Source: the human T2T-CHM13v2.0 reference genome, Homo sapiens
Strand: one strand, 5' to 3'
Assembly (NCBI RefSeq): GCF_009914755.1
Contig: NC_060925.1
DNA length: 64,000 bases
In this document: piece after piece, positions 40,480 through 54,470 of the stretch
Numbering within the stretch: position 1 is the first letter of the stretch
Layout of the letters: each line of letters begins with the position of its first letter
The notes under the pieces: generated by a model
Databases searched by the model: none
Told to the model about the DNA's origin: nothing
Seen by the model: the letters and a program-made list of their open reading frames with translations, nothing else
Program-made: the position numbers and the translations under genes

Positions 40480-40590
40480 CTGGGTGACAAAATCATTTGT
40501 ACAGCAAACCCTAGTAACGTGCAATTTATCCATGTAACAAATGTGCTCATGTACCCCCGAACCTAAAATAAAAATTGGAAAAGAAAAAAT
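40480..40590 (+). mobile_element. Short L1PA (L1PA16-like) 3' end
   Basis: tgggtgacaaaatcatttgtacagcaaaccc...catgtacccccgaacctaaaataaaa. Confidence 0.85.
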
Positions 40591-40789
40591 AAATTGGTCA
40601 GAATCATACCCAAGAATAGCCCTTAAATAAAACATCTGGTTAATAATTATTTGACTGCAATCAGAGGATACTGCTAAAGATTTTTAGAGGACCCCTGAAA
40701 GGGTTATATTAATATCCTTAATAAAATGTGAATTTTTTGCTTAAAAAGTGATTTTCCAACACCTGTTAAAAAAGCAATCAATCGAGGTT

Positions 40790-40985
40790 TCAAGGTTTCT
40801 CATCTGGGCCATTAGTGGCATTTGAACCAGATAATTCTTGGTTTTGGGGTGCTGTCCTGTGCATTGTAGGATGTTTAGGAGAATCCCTGGCCTCTATCTA
40901 TCTACTTTGCAGCATTCTCCACCAAGTTGTGACAATCAAAATTTTCTCCAAATGTCCCCTGAGGGTGGCAAAACCAACAGTTGTC
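40790..40985 (+). mobile_element. MER20 hAT fossil
   Basis: gataattctt...ctgtcctgtgcattgtaggatgtttag...gttgtgacaatcaaaa. Confidence 0.85.
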
Positions 40986-42278
40986 TAAATTAAACTGGGT
41001 TTATATGTTTTAATTCAATGACCTCAATGAGGAAAACCTACTTTATTTTAATAGTAAGAAGTCTAGGTCAGGGAGTATTGTGAGTCATTTTGTACATTTC
41101 CAAGACCCACAACTCCTCCTTTGAAAATGATAAAATGAATTTGGACAACCCATTATCCAATTAAACATTATACTCATATCCCTTTGTTATGTCTGGAAGT
41201 TTTTCTAAACTTTATAGTTTATATAATTTCTAGCAAGGCTGAGAACCTCAGTTATTTAATTGAGACCCTGAAAGCTATAGAATATCCCTGGAACAAAATC
41301 AAGATTTAAAATTGGCTTGAAAATAACAAATGAAGATATTTTGATTTGACTCCATGTTCTCAGCCTGGAAGCTATTGGATTGTGTGAGACGCATGACCCA
41401 AAGGAGATGATTAGTTTTCCTCCAGTGTGATGATAATGAATAGCACTACAAAACCAATTAGCTATAATTCTATCAGTCATTTCCTTTGGGTAACATTTTG
41501 TTTAAAGGGAAGAAAAAACAACACAGTTTTCCTTGGAGATCTTTGATGAAGCTGTGGTATTTGATGGGAACAATGGAGGAAAAAGCAGTATGCTTACCAA
41601 TTTGCTTTTATTATTCCTGCATGAAAGTAAATCATGATGAAGTGTTCTGTTCACAGCAGTTAAGAAAGACATTTGTTCATCTTAAAGGTGTAGCAGACCA
41701 AACACAAGTATATTTCTAAGTGTGCATTTCATTTATATGGATTGTACAACTCCAAGGAATTGCCATTCACATGGAAGACTGAGAATGGTGTCCCCTGGGA
41801 CTGTGTAGCAGGAGACACTGAATGTTGTTTCCTTTCCTTCTGTTATTATCCCCCTTGAAAAACCGTGAACCCAGAACCACAAGTAACAGATAATGTCTCT
41901 CCTCTTTATTCTCCCAGTCATTGTCGTTGCTCTGTAACACACAATGCCCACTGTCATGCTGACAATAATGTCAACAGTCTTTGTTTTCCTTTTTCCAGCA
42001 AGGTATTTTATGGATAGGTATTGTTCTATTTAACGTGCCGTCATCTGTTACAAGAAGATATAATTTTACTGTTGTCTGAGTATCCTTCTATGACTTCTGG
42101 GCATTGTGCAATTTTTATCTCAACCCACACAGGGGAATATGACTTGGGTGTGTGTTGTTTGTTTTACTTGAATTTTAATATATGCAGCTTGTGACACAGA
42201 TTACTAGTTTATTAGAAAAAAATACAATGAGTTATTGTCTTGGACTTTCGATTTATTTTGCTCACTGTCATCCCACAG

Positions 42279-42427
42279 CTAGCCAAAAAAATCCGAGAGA
42301 AGTTCAACCGTTACTTGGATGTGGTCAATCGGAACAAGCAAGTTGTAGAAGCATCCTATACGGCTCACCTAACCTCTCCCCTAACTGCAATTCAAGACTG
42401 CTGTACTATCCCACCTTCCATGATGGA
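42279..42427 (+). CDS. CACHD1: CACHD1 coding exon (probably exon 3), 149 nt, phase 0/2, LAKKIREKFNRYLDVVNRNKQVVEASYTAHLTSPLTAIQDCCTIPPSMM(E)
   Basis: Acceptor ctcactgtcatcccacag|CTA and donor GGA|gtaaga. It lies within ORF 42240-42431. The terminal GA completes GAA with the first base of the next exon. Confidence 0.96.
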
Positions 42428-43731
42428 GTAAGACTTTAAAACTTTTTGTTGTTGTATAAACCAGACATTGAATTGCTTATACATTTCATTTCATATTCAA
42501 AATACCTGTGTTTATTTATTGCAAATTGTGTAGCTTGTTTCCCACTATTTAAGATAAGCCCTTTATCTTTAGATAAGTGATTTTTAAAGAAAATGTGATT
42601 CAGTGTTCTATAGCCAGGAAATTCCTGGACCCTCCCTACTCACCTTTTTCTCCTGATGAAATGCAAGTTGAGGAGTATCAACTATTTATTTGAGTACAGA
42701 ATCTAAATCTAGAAAATTGGAAATGCTTTGTCATGAGTCAACTATTAAGCCATGTCACTTGCTTAATTTAAGGGAGTGCCTTTTGTCTTTAAAAGAGTAA
42801 CCAAAAATTCCCATTCCTTACTTTAGTAGATACTATCTTTAAAACTCCTATGGGAAATGTGTTTTCAGATCATATTGAAACAGGTTTGTATCTGCATGAT
42901 TGAGGATATTTTTATTTATTGGCCTAGTGATACTTATATCTGGAGGGGTATAGGGCTATGGGATGCTGGAAATTGTAGTGGAAAGAACACTTATCTGGAG
43001 GTGCAAAGAGCTTAGTTTTAAGTTTGACTTGGTCTTTAATTAGCTGTGTGTCCTTCATCAAGTTACTTAATGTTTATTTTTATGCTCAGTTTTCTACCAA
43101 TGTGGAAAATAATCTTATACCAATTTTCTAGTGCTACTTAGAATAAATAAAAGACGTTAATATGTTTTTAAAATATGAGTGTAAATGTAAATTAGTATTT
43201 ATTATTCCTCTCTTTGCATGACAAGTGCTCTTGCGGCTAGGCAAAGGATGGATATAATGGTTTTTGGTGGTTAAATGATGCTTTGTTTCCATAAGCAAGT
43301 TTTTACTTATTATGATTTCTTGCTGGGCTTTTAGGTAGCAGGGCATCCTCAAGTCATTTTATTTCTCCATTTATATGATGTTAAGATGTGCCTTTGTCTG
43401 GCTTACCCTGTCTGTGGCCTGAAGAAACTCATACTAGTTGTTCTCTAAACTAAATGGAAAGCATATATAATTTGGAATGAGACTGTCTGGATAGGAATTC
43501 TACCCCTAACACTCAATACCCACATGGTCTTTGGATATTTGGTGTCTTTGAGCAACCCTGTCTTTATTTCTGGAATGAGAACAATAACTAATACTCCAGG
43601 ATGTTGTGAACATTTCAGTGAAATCAAATGTGAAAGTAGTTTGTAAACTGTAATGTTCTAAACAAGTATTAGCTGTAATATTGCATATTTGTATACCTTC
43701 ATATCAGAGTGAACATTTCAATTTTTGTTAG

Positions 43732-44091
43732 GTATTAGTTCCTTCTCACACCACTAATAAAGACATACTTTAGACTGGGTAATTTATAAAGGAAAAGAGG
43801 TTTAGTGGACTTACAGTTCCACATGGCTGGGGAGGCCTCACAATCATGGCGGAAAGTGAAGGAGGAGCAAAGACACGTCTTATATGGTGGCAGGAAAGAG
43901 TGTGTACAGGGGAGCTGCCCTTTATAAAACCGTCAGATCTCGTGAAACTTACTCACTGTCACGAGAACAGCACAGGAAAACCCACCCACCGATTCAATCA
44001 TCTCCCACTGGGTCCTTCCCATGATATGTGGGGATTATGGGAGCTACAATTCAAGATGAGATTTAGGTGGGGACACAGCCAAACCATATTA
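43732..44091 (-). mobile_element. THE1 (THE1C-like) MaLR solo LTR
   Basis: gactgggtaatttataaaggaaaagaggttt...ggggacacagccaaaccatat. Confidence 0.92.
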
Positions 44092-44269
44092 GGTATAATC
44101 AAAGATTATCTTTTATAGTGGGGCACCTGTAACTTAATGTTTTGACAACCTTACCACTATCTAAAAATAAAATGAGGGTCCAGTTGGGTTTTAGGCCCAA
44201 AGAAGAAACCATTTTCAGGGCAGGAAGAACAGATAGTAAGGTAAGGAGAAGTTCTTAGAGCTAGATTTA

Positions 44270-44475
44270 TGCATTTTTCTCCTAGGGAAAGACATGTGGC
44301 AATGTCTGGACGCATTTTCAGTTGTCACAACTTAAAAGGCTGGAAGAAAGCTCCTGGCATCTCGTGAGTAGAGTCCAGGGATACTGCTAAACATCCTATA
44401 ACATTCAGGACAGCTCCCCAAGACAAAGAATTACCTTGCCCAAAATGACAGTAGTGCCAAGGTTGAAAAACCCTG
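44270..44475 (-). mobile_element. MER20 hAT fossil
   Basis: ggcaatgtctgga...gttgtcacaact...gctaaacatcctataac...agtgccaaggttgaaaaaccctg. Confidence 0.85.
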
Positions 44476-46191
44476 GCTTAGCACATTGGGGATCTTCATA
44501 AATTCCTAAGTAGAACTAGTGCTCTAGAGGGGAAAAAACCTGAAACTTGAATTGGCTGGCTGCTACTGGTGAATCTACCCAGTCACTTGCCCACCTGGTG
44601 AATTTCTATGAATGTTTCAAGGAGCAACTCAACAATTGCCCTTTCTTCATAGCTTCCAATTACCTCTTTCTTTCCTCTCCTTATTCCCTTTTGTCCCTGG
44701 AAGAATTTATTGCTCTCTCATCTTTATTCCCATAGTAATTTCCATACATCTCTATATAGTGTAGAACTTAATGTATCAGACCTTGTTGTGAGTTGGCCTC
44801 CCCTTCTGTTCTGGGCAGGAATTACACCTCATCTTTTATTACCCCTAGCACCTGGCCATTGTATTTAATTTTTATACTATTTGTTGGAATCTGAATTGAT
44901 TTAAATTGATATAGGAACGAGTAAGAAGGTGTCTACTCTCTAGAAATGTATAAGTTACTGGGTGTGGAGTGGCAAATATTGAGCATAATTAATAGGGCAA
45001 AATGTGACATAGCAGAGAGGTATTGTGGTTCCTCAAAGCAGAGAACTATACCAGATAGGTTGTATTGGAAATGATTTTATGAACTTCAGAAATATGCCTC
45101 TTACTTGATTTGGCCATTAGGAGGAACATCACAAAAATATATATAATATAAACATGTAAAGAAAAATACCGCAGTACCATTTAGAATAGAGAAAATTATA
45201 AATACTCTAAATTTCTAGCAATAGAGGATTAGTTAGGAAAATTGTATCACATCCATATATATGAGATGGTAAGATGCAGCCATGCTGTTGAAGCTGACTT
45301 GTGAGAATGGTCAGACATACATACACACATGCATACATTACACTTGATATTAGCCAAAAAGCCAAGAACACACATGTGTGCATTAAGTTTGGGAGTAAAG
45401 ACAGTGATTTCCATTTTGAATATGTTGAGATAAGGGTTCAGGTCTGGGATAGAGGCCATCTAATTTGGTAAAACCCAGTGGTCAACCTTTTTGTTAATAC
45501 AATCAAGCATAAAATGTAGTTTCTGTCCTTTAGGAACTTCTCATTTAGTTAGTTGAACATCCATGAGACCTTAACTGTACCCCTAGAAAAATACACACCA
45601 AGTAAGCAGATTAGTAGGAGAGAATGTTCCTCCTTCAGAGGTGGGACCTCTGCACTGAATGCTGAAGATGCAGTATTCTCTCCTGACCAGGAGTAGTTGA
45701 CAGAGCCAAGAACTGCTTGGGGTGGATATTGGAAAACCAAAGCAGTTCTGAAGGTAAAGCTGAACAATCAGAGAATGTACAGATAAGCAATACAATGAAC
45801 CTCCTTCAACAAATTTTAAAGATACCTGACAACAGAGAGATCTTTTGCAACAGGAAGTGGCCTGTGAGGACTCCCTTCAATTATACTGTGTCTACTTGGC
45901 TTTGAATGGAGCCCACTTTCCAGTGAAATGTGTGAAGGAATTTTGGGAGTGAACCCTGAGCTGATACTTTTCTAGACTTTGGTTGAACACAAGCACTTTG
46001 TAAAATTACAGGAACTCCTCAGTTTTTTAATGAAGATTTAAAAATGGAAAGAGTTAGTAGTATGTTGTTGCAGTGAACAAGGGTACAAATTCTCAGCTAG
46101 CCACCTTTGTTCCAACCCCTCAGAAAGTGCTTTATCTGCATATTCTAACAGCTGGGGTGCCTGCTGAACACATTTTCAGTTCACGCCTTCC

Positions 46192-46497
<306 letters not shown>

Positions 46498-47964
46498 GAC
46501 ACTTTCCTATATTCCAATCCTTCCAAAAATGTCTCTATTTTGAATCTTAACAACTTCATGTTGGAGTTAGGTGAGGAAAGGAAGATCTCCTAGTCTTTTG
46601 AAGCAGTCTAAGGATGTGGTTAAAAACTTTTTTTTTAATACTAGGGAGATTTGGTTTTGAATCTCATGAACTCATATGTGGACCTTTGGAAGTCACTTAT
46701 TCTGAGCCTCAGTTTCCTCATCAGTGAGATGAGGATAATGAGAGTACCCACCTCACATGGTTGTTATAGAGGAGATGTTTTTAGGTTATACTTAGACATT
46801 TTTTTAAATTTGATTAAGTATTTACTTCAATATTTACTATGTCAACAGTTTTTTTTTCTCTACTGGCAATAACAAAGTTTCTTTTTAATGTAAATGTAGC
46901 TAAATAAAATTGAATTATTTTAAATGAAAACATTAAGTGAATGTGACCAAATGTTTGAAAGTGATAGACATGTAGTAGTGACTGAAGTTCATGAAAAATG
47001 GGCTCAAGATTATTGCTAAAGTCCTTCCAAACTGTAAGATATTGTAGTTCTATGAGGCAAACGCTTTAAAACCGTTTATGCCTATGGACTGTATCTTGCC
47101 ATATGTATATGTATTAATACTGCCTTTATAATAAATATAAGCAGTTGGACCTCAGATAAGAGACCTCCAGTCTTAGTTCTGAATCTTCTTCATTCTTAAG
47201 TCATCTGGGCCTTATGAACATTTTTTTTAAACTCAGCACTGACCCAGTGGTATGATGGCTGTTTGTTACTAACATTTTAAGTGCCTGTGGCCTATTGACC
47301 TTGCTTCTTCTCCAAATATACTAAAGATTAGTTAGAACTAGACAATGTTTTTATAAGTAATTTTAACTAATGGCTAATTTTTACTTTTTGTCTCAGGCCT
47401 AACTTTTCATTTTTAATGATTATAATCCATATTTGGTTTTCTCCAGTAGTGCTTAATAGTACATATTTTTTAAAAATAAAATGCCTAGTTCTGAAGAGAG
47501 AGGAGCTTTAAAGACCTTTGTTACAGAGCATTAGGCTATAGTATGACGACAACAGAGAGAACCTGCAAAGTGGCAGAAAATTCATTTTTCAGACGGGTTT
47601 CATACTTTCCTTCTCAGACCAGTCAACTCTTAAAATTCTTGCACAGGAGCCTTAGAAGTTAATTATTCTGCACAAGACGCTGCCTAGTGATTAGGTACTC
47701 TGTCAATGTTTGTTGTTGAAGGAATGATCTAAAGAATTTGCATTCTTCAATATGGAAAAAAATAGGCTAAATTTAATCAAAAACAAACTCATTTTCAACG
47801 GTATCACTTAAAACAACATAGTTTTGAGAGTGGGCTCATTTATTTATATAATTTAATTCGCAGCTCCCTTTGTGTTCCTTTAGGTGAGGTGCTAGGGACA
47901 CAGGAGATCCTGGGCTCTCCCACAAGGAGTGAACAAATGCATAATTACACCTATGGACTATATC

Positions 47965-48280
47965 TGATCTACAGGCATATTTTTTTCGGCCCTCAGTGTT
48001 TTAAAGGTTTTTAAATTTGTAAATTTTAAAATCTGTTGCCAACATTTAAACTTTGAAAGATTAGCAATTTAGAAATCCAAATATCTCTCCTCTCTTGAAA
48101 AATCAGAAGATTTGGCAATACTGGATCCACACTGCTACTTGGTAACAGTCTGCTTTCATGAAGAGCAGCTCCCCTTTCAGGACAGGGGATGAGTTCCTGA
48201 CCTGATGTGTTATACCCAACCTATTTTCCTGATTTATATCACTATTTGGCCCACCTTAGCTGTGAATTTGCAATTCCTGA
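47965..48280. mobile_element. MER102-like hAT fossil
   Basis: gttgccaacatttaaa...ctcttgaaaaatcagaagatttggcaatactgg. Confidence 0.75.
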
Positions 48281-48543
48281 CCTTAAAAGACCATACGATA
48301 TTAATAGATTTGACTTAAGAAAAATGTCTTATCCATGTGCCTTCCCTGTTATGCCAACTTAAAAATGTCCATTCTCATTCTCTCAAGTTTTAAAGAATAT
48401 AACTCCTTTAGGCATAACACTAAGAATAGCTATCCCTGAAACCCAGCTTGCCACAGAGATGAGGTTCTGATGTGTGCTTCTAAAGCTATTGTTTATTCAG
48501 CAGGCCATACTGATCCTTGGCTTTTATATAAACAAATCAATAC

Positions 48544-48830
<287 letters not shown>

Positions 48831-49556
48831 TAATTGATTTATCTATTTCTTTCCCCAATTTCTTCTATAGACGTTACTACCTGTTGGTATTCTTATTTTT
48901 TTAATTTTTGGTGTCTTTATTTAAAAAGAAGGGGGCAAAGGGGAGCATAAGCTACGGAGGAAATACTGGAAAGATGAATTTAGATTTTTATTCTTTTTTG
49001 TGTCTCCAAGTGGGGTTCAGTGCTGTTATCCTCATTTAGTTAATGCATGTTAATTGGCTAATCATGGTTAGAACTGGCATTAAGGCATCTGTCTGGCTTG
49101 ATGAGCAAATGGATGCTCTGATGGAGTTAGAGTAAGTAAGCAACTTGTTTCCAAGGTTCTCTGAAGCCAGCCACCTGGAGCTGGAAGACTTCAGCTGAAT
49201 AGATATTCTCTCAGGGGAAACTTAAAAAGCTTCACTGATTCCAAAAATGAAGAAACTCTTGGAACCATTGTCAAATTGGATTCCTGCTATTTTACAGGGA
49301 GCTCTTTGAGTTGGGGCATCCACTGAGATTGATATAGTCACTGTGGAAGGCAGATAGGACTCATCTCATCTTTTAAGAACACAAATTTAGTGCATTTCCA
49401 GCTGGCACCCACTTGAATTATATGATTTCAGGAATCCCATCTTATTCAACCTCTTGAGGGTATTGTGCTGCAGACAAAGCAATTAGCATTAGGTTTTGAT
49501 ACAAGAACACAGGCTCCTGATTATAATAATTCTCATGAATAGCACCGTTATAACCT

Positions 49557-49975
49557 TGTGTTAGATAGGGTCCTCCAAAGAAGTAGAACCAATAGCGTGT
49601 GTGTGTGTGCGTGCGTGTGTGTGTGTACATACAGAGAGATGGATATTTATTGTTAGGAATTAGTATTGTGGAGGTACAAGTCCAAAATACATGGTAGGCT
49701 GGCAAGCTGGAGACTCAAAGGAGAGTTGCAGTTGGAGTTCAAAGGCAGTCTGCTAGGGAAATTTCTTCTTGCTTACAGAACGTCTGTCATTGTTCTACTA
49801 AGTCCTTCAATTGATGAGGCCCACTGATGTTATGGAGAATAATCAACTTTACTCATCACCTATTATTTAAATGTTAATCTCATCTAAAACATTTTCTTCA
49901 CAGAAACATCTAAAATAGTGTTTGGCCAAACCTATCTGGGTAACATAGCCCAGCCAAGTTGATATAAAGTTATCC
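49557..49975 (-). mobile_element. ERVL LTR (MLT2C/D-like) with (TG)n
   Basis: agggtcctccaaagaagtagaaccaatag(gt)n...agcccagccaagttgatataaa. Confidence 0.85.
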
Positions 49976-50149
49976 CTCCTGCCCTTTTACCCCTTTTATC
50001 TTTAGAAAGGATAGAAAAGTGTACTACTAAACCTATCATTAAAATTAAGGTTTTGTTAACCTTCGGATTTAGACTGGAGAAGGCTAAACTCTCACAGAAC
50101 TTTCTACCGTATTCTCCTACACAGCTTCTCTTAAAAAAGTTAATGCTCA

Positions 50150-50460
50150 GCCGGGCGCAGTGGCTCACGCCTGTAATCCCAACACTTTGGGAGGCTGAGG
50201 TGGGCGGATCACGAGGTCAGGAGATCGAGATCATCCTGGCTAACATGGTAAAAACCCGTCTCTACTAAAAACAAACAAAACAAACAAACAAAAAATTAGC
50301 CGGGCGTGGTGGCAGGCGCCTGTAGTCCCAGCTACTCGGGAGGCTGAGGCAGGAGAATGGCATGAACCTGGGAGGCAGAGCTTGCAGTGAGCCAAGATCG
50401 GCGCCACGGCACTCCAGCCTGGGCAACAGAGCAAGACTCTGTCTCAAAAAAAAAAAAAAA
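50150..50460 (+). mobile_element. AluY with (AAAC)n-expanded linker
   Basis: AluY diagnostics; 17-bp TSD aaaaaagttaatgctca at 50133 and 50461. Confidence 0.95.
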
Positions 50461-50782
50461 AAAAAAGTTAATGCTCATGTAACTGAGCTGCCTGGAAAGG
50501 AATCTCAGCATTTGAGTAATTCTTTTTTCCCTGTAAATTGGTTGTGTATTTTGTGGCATGATTTAGATGTTGTATACATTTCTATAATAGGATTTCAAGT
50601 TCTTTAAGTATTATTGACGTCATATGAGCCAGAGGTAACTTACTCAGAGGGTTGTTTTTAATTTTGATGATTAACATGCTGACCCATAATGTTCAGATTC
50701 CTGTACTTAGCTCTTTAGGAATTTATAGTAGATTTAAAAGATACAATTTCCATTCTTAAGGGACTTAGCTTCAAGTCAAGGG

Positions 50783-50815
<33 letters not shown>

Positions 50816-52409
50816 TTATTTGTTTTTAAACTGAACTCAAGCATGAGCTTCTATCATTTCTAAGAAGAGGCAAGTCTTTTTATTTTATTTGCAGCTACTA
50901 TGGTGCAAAAGAAGTATCATAAGCAGTAAGTTCAGTTGTGATGTAAATTATACCTGAGTCATGTAGTACAAAGAGTGGATGGGCCTCCACTCTGCCACTT
51001 TGCCATGTAATCTTGGGACGTTCACTTAACATCTTTGGTCCTCAGTTTCCTCAACTGTAAAATGAGCAGTTTGAACTATATTTCAGAGACTCTTCCAACT
51101 TTGAAGACTGATATAATTTTCCTCAAACTCCTTAGAAGTTTGTTTGGTTGTTTGTTTGTTTTTAAACTGGAGCCATTTGCCATTATAGGCAACTTTTCCT
51201 ACTGCTCAAATTAATAAATTCTGGGTTCCATGAGAGAGTTTGTTTTTATCTTTTTGAGAGTGACCTTATGGGGGGATAAAAGATGATATGCAGCAAGACT
51301 TACAGAGGTTAAATCACTCACTCATCCATTCGTTTGAAAAAATAAAGGCTTGTGGAATGGTTTATGGAAGAAACATTTCAGCTGGGTATTTAAGCAGGAA
51401 GAGGATTTGAATATATGGAGATATGGAGGAAGAGCTTTCCAGGAGAGGAAGCTCAATATGAAGAAACCCCAAGCGTAGAAATGACCAGGAGCACTGAAGA
51501 GGGACTTGCATATGGAGCAAATGATGGAAGAGGCAGCTAAGAAGTTGGATCAATATTAGATCATAAGGATCCTCAAATGCTAGACTGGAGAATTTAAACT
51601 TTGTTCAGTAGGGTTTAGGCTCCATAAGTGAAGTAAAGAACAATGTCTATCTTTCTCTTGCTTCTGTATCTATGGTCTAATACATAGTAGACACTCAATA
51701 AATATTGGTTGCTTGAATGAGGGAATTAATTTATGAGTTCTTGAGAAAGGGAGTAAAATGATGAGACCTGAACTTTAAGGGAATTCCACTTCTTAATCAT
51801 GTAACAACTAGAAGTAACTAGAACCTGATTTCATTTATGTAAGCAAAGAGCAAGAGGAGGCCTGGACTTGGATGTTGGCTCCTACTTCTTGAGTTTTGGA
51901 AGAGGGAGGAATCATAGGTGGCCAAAGTTGATTTTGGGTAACTGAGAGTGATGGTACCAGGTGCTAAGGCATATTTGTTCTTTATGTACTCTCTCATCTT
52001 TCTTAGTTACTTTAGTTCAGGGACCCTGTCAGATACAACTGTATTCAATACCTTGCTTAAATAGGTCCTCGATAAATATTTGCCAAAGGAGTTAGTTTGT
52101 GGTAGCAAAACTGACTTTGTTTTTAGTGTTTGAGTCTCAGTCACTATGATGCTGTCAGAATTAACAAGCTACTTACCTTCTGGGCAGAAATTGAACAATA
52201 TTATTAAATACTTTTTTGCCTATTCATGATAGTCATTGTTTTAATCTGAACAGTGTTATTACAAGCTCTGATGTGAAACATGTTTGATATTGATTTAGTT
52301 ATCTCAGTTATCAGTTATGCTTAACAGTTTTGTTATATGCATGATGAATTTAAAAAATATACATTCCCAAATGCTGACATACATGTATATCATTTTCGAC
52401 TCAACTTGT

Positions 52410-53280
52410 CTGTACCATCTTCAAGGCAGTTAATGTATAAGACATTGTACTAGGTACTGTCTGATGGACAAAGATGAATAACACAGTATGTACCTCCAAG
52501 AGCTCATAGGACACATGTAGAGTAAGCTAAGGCAGTCTGTGGCAAATGTCATAAAAGAAATCCAAAGACTTTTAGAGGAGGAAGAGATTATGAACAAAGG
52601 CCTCGTAATGCTCAAGCTTGGTGAAAAAGTGGTAGTCAAGGCCTTGAAGAGTGGAACTTCCACAGATAGATCTAGGGGAAAAATGCTTCAGACCAGAAAA
52701 CAGCAAGTTTCCATATAGCAATTGAGGATGGGGAGGTGGAAGACCCAGCTGGCACAATGGAAAAGAGAAACACCATGGTGGGCTTGAAACACTAGGTCAG
52801 CTACACAAATTTCTCTCGGTAAGCAGTAGTTTTAAAGCAAGGAACGGCTGTGGTCAGGTCTTGGGCAAATTAATTAGTTGGCAAATGAAGAATAAATTAC
52901 GGTAGAAGGGCAAGTTGCTTGTCAAGTTGGGCCAGTTAGATAATCACAGACAAAGTAATGACACCTTAAGGTACAAAGGTACAAAAGCAAAGACGTCCAG
53001 GGGCTGGTGTATTATATAGAGTGTCAAAATAGGGATGTACAGTATGTGGAATCTGGCAACTAGGTTTTCTTGGAGAGTTTGGTAAGGAGGAAGATTAGAA
53101 ATCACAGCTCCAAATTTTAAATTGAGCATTTTAGGAGATGGGAATCTATTAACTAAAGGGTGAAAAGAGGAGCAAAAGAAAACTTTTAGGAGAAAAATGA
53201 TGGATCCAGTATAAACATGCTGATTTGGAGTTGCACGTAGATCATTCTTGGGAGATGTTTGCTAAGCAGCTGAGATTAAC
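52410..53280 (-). mobile_element. L2 fragment
   Basis: Purine-rich antisense L2 (gacattgtactaggtactg...; aaacatgctgatttggagttg). Confidence 0.62.
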
Positions 53281-54110
53281 CTGCAGCACCATTTTATTAT
53301 CATCCCACTAATATTTTTACGCCTGTAACTATGTCATGTGCATGGCAGTTCAGGTGAAGGTGAAATTTGAGATGTCTACTTTTAATGTTGTATTAATGTA
53401 CAGTTTTGTGTAGAATGATGTTTCAAGACATACAGCTGACCCATAAGTTGGCAACTCCTATTTTTTTCTAATCCAATTTTAAGGTAGTGCACATGGAAAA
53501 TATGATATAAAATGTTTAACCTTATATACATCTTATTTCTTATTATTACTGTTTTTATGAGAAATAAAATAATGTGACTTAGGTGCTTATAACTTTTGTT
53601 CCTTTGTTATCTCTGTGTCACAAGGTCAAATAATGTGACAAGCTTGGTCCTGAACAACTGAGTTTAAATTTTTTGCAAGTCATATTATTTCTCCATGAAG
53701 ATATGTTTTGTGTTTATGCCCAATGAAGTGTTGTATGGCAAGTCTTAGTCTTTCAAGTCATTTTCACTGCCTTATCTCACACTTCCATTTCCAATGCCTT
53801 TAAAAATTATTATTACCTGCAGGCCGACTAAATGTTACTGATAGCCTTTCTGGATATTGGTACCAGAGGACTGGAGTTGAGCTCAAATTTAACAAAGATA
53901 TTACAGAAAGCTTTGTATTTATGAAAACTTAGTTACATATGTTTATACTTCAGTGAAATACTTTTTTAGGCCTGTTCCTCTTTAAACAATGTGTTACTTA
54001 CATTACATTCTTCATATGTTTCTCTGAACAACCTGGTGGGGTAGAAACTGTCTCTGCCCACCTCCCTCATCCCCACTTTTACAGATTAGGAAATAGGCTT
54101 AGAAAGTTTA

Positions 54111-54470
<360 letters not shown>

